This document shows, piece after piece, positions 62,341 through 64,000 of a stretch of DNA of 64,000 bases. How positions within the stretch are numbered: position 1 is the stretch's first letter; each line of letters starts with the position of its first letter. The notes beneath the pieces were generated by a model. That model saw only the letters and a program-made list of their open reading frames with translations, was not told where the DNA came from and searched no databases. Source of the DNA: Candidatus Krumholzibacteriota bacterium (GTDB taxonomy: Bacteria > Krumholzibacteriota > Krumholzibacteriia > JAJRXK01). The stretch lies in assembly GCA_963806035.1 (NCBI GenBank), contig CAWDWO010000038.1:1-64000 (forward strand), written 5' to 3'. The position numbers and the translations under genes are program-made.

Positions 62341-64000
62341 GTGCCCAGACGATCCCTCTTGATCCTCTGCGGATTCTTCGTCCTGGCCTTTCCGAGCCTT
62401 GCTTGGAGCGGCTCTGTGACTCTGCCTCTCTCGCTCTGGTCGACGGCCGCGGGTGATTCCAACGCGCTCCACTGGTTGGACGCGAGTCAGCTGGCGAGCG
62501 GTCGCGACAGTTTCACGGTCGAGCCGGGTCAAGTGCGCTTCGTACTTTCCACGAGTCATCTGGTCGATCCGGTGAGGGCATACTGGAACGGCAAGGCTCT
62601 GCGAGCGCTCCAGGACTTCGAAATCGACCGTGCGCGCGGCGTGGTCGTCCTGCTGCATCCTCGAGCTGAGTCCGGCGTTCTGCGCGTCGAGTATCACTTC
62701 GACCCGGTCGCCGCCCCGCCCCGCGTACAACTTCATCCCATGCTGCGTCAGGCCGAGCTGAAGGAGGAGCCGGAGGCAGAAGGCGCATCGGGGTCCGGGA
62801 CTGAGGCCGGGGAGGGGCCCGCCGAAGCGGCCACGGCTTCCAGCACGGGACTCTCGGTCAGCGGATCCAAGACCGTCTCGGTCCAGGGCGGAACCAACCG
62901 GGACGCTACCGTCGATCAGGGTCTGCACCTGGCGGTCAACGGTCAGCTCACCGACAACACTTTCGTGCGCGCCGAGATCTCCGACCAGAACCTCCCGATC
63001 ACCCCCGAGGGCAATACCGAGGAGCTGAAGGACATCGATCAGGTGCGGATCGAAATATACGGGAAGGGAGGAAGGGCGCTTCTGGGTGACTTCGAGATCG
63101 ATCAACCCCTGGGAGTCTACGTTCCCTACCAACGCAAGCTCCAGGGTCTGTGGCTGCACGGACGCCAGTCGATCGGCAGCGGAACGCTCATGGGTGGTTC
63201 CCCGCGTGGGCGTAGAGTCGAACTCGAACTGCGCGGCCAGGAGGGCGTGCAGGGCCCTTACGAACTTCTCAACGGATTGCGCGAAACGGAGAGCTATATC
63301 ATCGCGGGCTCCGAGCGGGTCTGGTTGGACGGCGCGCGGCAGACGCGCGGGGAGAGCCGCGACTACACCATCGACTACGTGCGGGGCACCATCACCTTCA
63401 CCGAGCTGCGACCGATCGGCCCGGAAAACCGCATCGCGGTGGATTTCGAGGTCTCGGCCACCGGTTACAGCCGAACCGTGTTGGGCGCGGCCGTGGACAG
63501 TCTCTCCCTCGGCCCGGCTTCGCTTCACCTCTCCTGGCTCCGCGAAGCGGACGATCCCGACCGTCCCATCGGCGGTCCCTTGAGCGATGAGGACGAACAG
63601 GTCCTGCGACAGGCGGGGGACGATGCGAGCAAAGCCCTGGGCAGTGGGGTCACGCGAGTGGCCGCGGGTGAGGAAGGGACCGGAGACTACTTGAAGCGGA
63701 CGGAGAGTGGCACGGAATACTACGTCTTCGCGCCGGGCGATTCTCTGGCCAATTACTTTCTGAGTTTCCAACGCGTCGAGGCGAACCAGGGCGACTATAC
63801 CCAGAGCGAGATCACCAAGCAGGGCCAACGTGTCTATGAGTATGTGGGTCCCGGCAAGGGCGAGTTCGTACTGGGCAGACAGCTTTCGCTCCCGAGCAAG
63901 AGCGAGGCGATCGTGGTCGGCACCACAGTGGGAGTGCGCGGCAGCGCGAAGGGATTTCTGGCGGCCGAGGCGGACCTGACGCGCCGGGACGAAAACGTAC
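62341..64000 (+). CDS. Large conserved-hypothetical outer-membrane protein (partial, runs off window)
   Basis: Manually translated from GTG 62341: signal peptide; GSKTVSV, ISDQNLPITPEGNTEEL..IDQV, GVQGPY, GSERVWLDG...DYTIDY..G.ITF. Confidence 0.7.
   Translation, partial: MPRRSLLILCGFFVLAFPSLAWSGSVTLPLSLWSTAAGDSNALHWLDASQLASGRDSFTVEPGQVRFVLSTSHLVDPVRAYWNGKALRALQDFEIDRARGVVVLLHPRAESGVLRVEYHFDPVAAPPRVQLHPMLRQAELKEEPEAEGASGSGTEAGEGPAEAATASSTGLSVSGSKTVSVQGGTNRDATVDQGLHLAVNGQLTDNTFVRAEISDQNLPITPEGNTEELKDIDQVRIEIYGKGGRALLGDFEIDQPLGVYVPYQRKLQGLWLHGRQSIGSGTLMGGSPRGRRVELELRGQEGVQGPYELLNGLRETESYIIAGSERVWLDGARQTRGESRDYTIDYVRGTITFTELRPIGPENRIAVDFEVSATGYSRTVLGAAVDSLSLGPASLHLSWLREADDPDRPIGGPLSDEDEQVLRQAGDDASKALGSGVTRVAAGEEGTGDYLKRTESGTEYYVFAPGDSLANYFLSFQRVEANQGDYTQSEITKQGQRVYEYVGPGKGEFVLGRQLSLPSKSEAIVVGTTVGVRGSAKGFLAAEADLTRRDENV

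Noticed and set aside
1..64000. CRISPR arrays, tRNA/rRNA, IS elements, prophage, known riboswitches
   Set aside because: No repeat-spacer arrays, cloverleafs, transposase/integrase motifs or recognisable aptamers seen by eye; an Infernal/tRNAscan run would be needed to exclude them fully

Overview
High-GC, gene-dense bacterial chromosome segment with about 50 CDS. I saw no rRNA, tRNA, CRISPR array or mobile element. PorU/PorV homologues plus secreted proteins with 'PNPFN...SGVY' FlgD-Ig/T9SS-type C-terminal domains suggest an FCB-superphylum organism outside classic Bacteroidota, e.g. Krumholzibacteriota/Latescibacterota-like (inference). Housekeeping genes include rocD, aceE, etfBA, folK-dNK-panBC, tatA, a mrfAB-like pair, a ppiD-like gene, dnaE and accA. 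Most notable: (1) a compact putative sphingolipid operon, spt - ceramide synthase (GNAT) - ceramide reductase - Aur1/IPC-synthase-like phosphotransferase, with a divergent GT4; (2) a Rho ATPase whose RNA-binding OB domain is replaced by an Arg/Asn/Gly-rich disordered region; (3) a fused fungal Lys4-type homoaconitase; (4) a T9SS-attachment-like operon whose porU-like gene is frameshifted; (5) a DEDDh exonuclease-WYL fusion and a HisKA-REC protein with no kinase ATPase domain. All family calls come from motif recognition by eye, not database searches.
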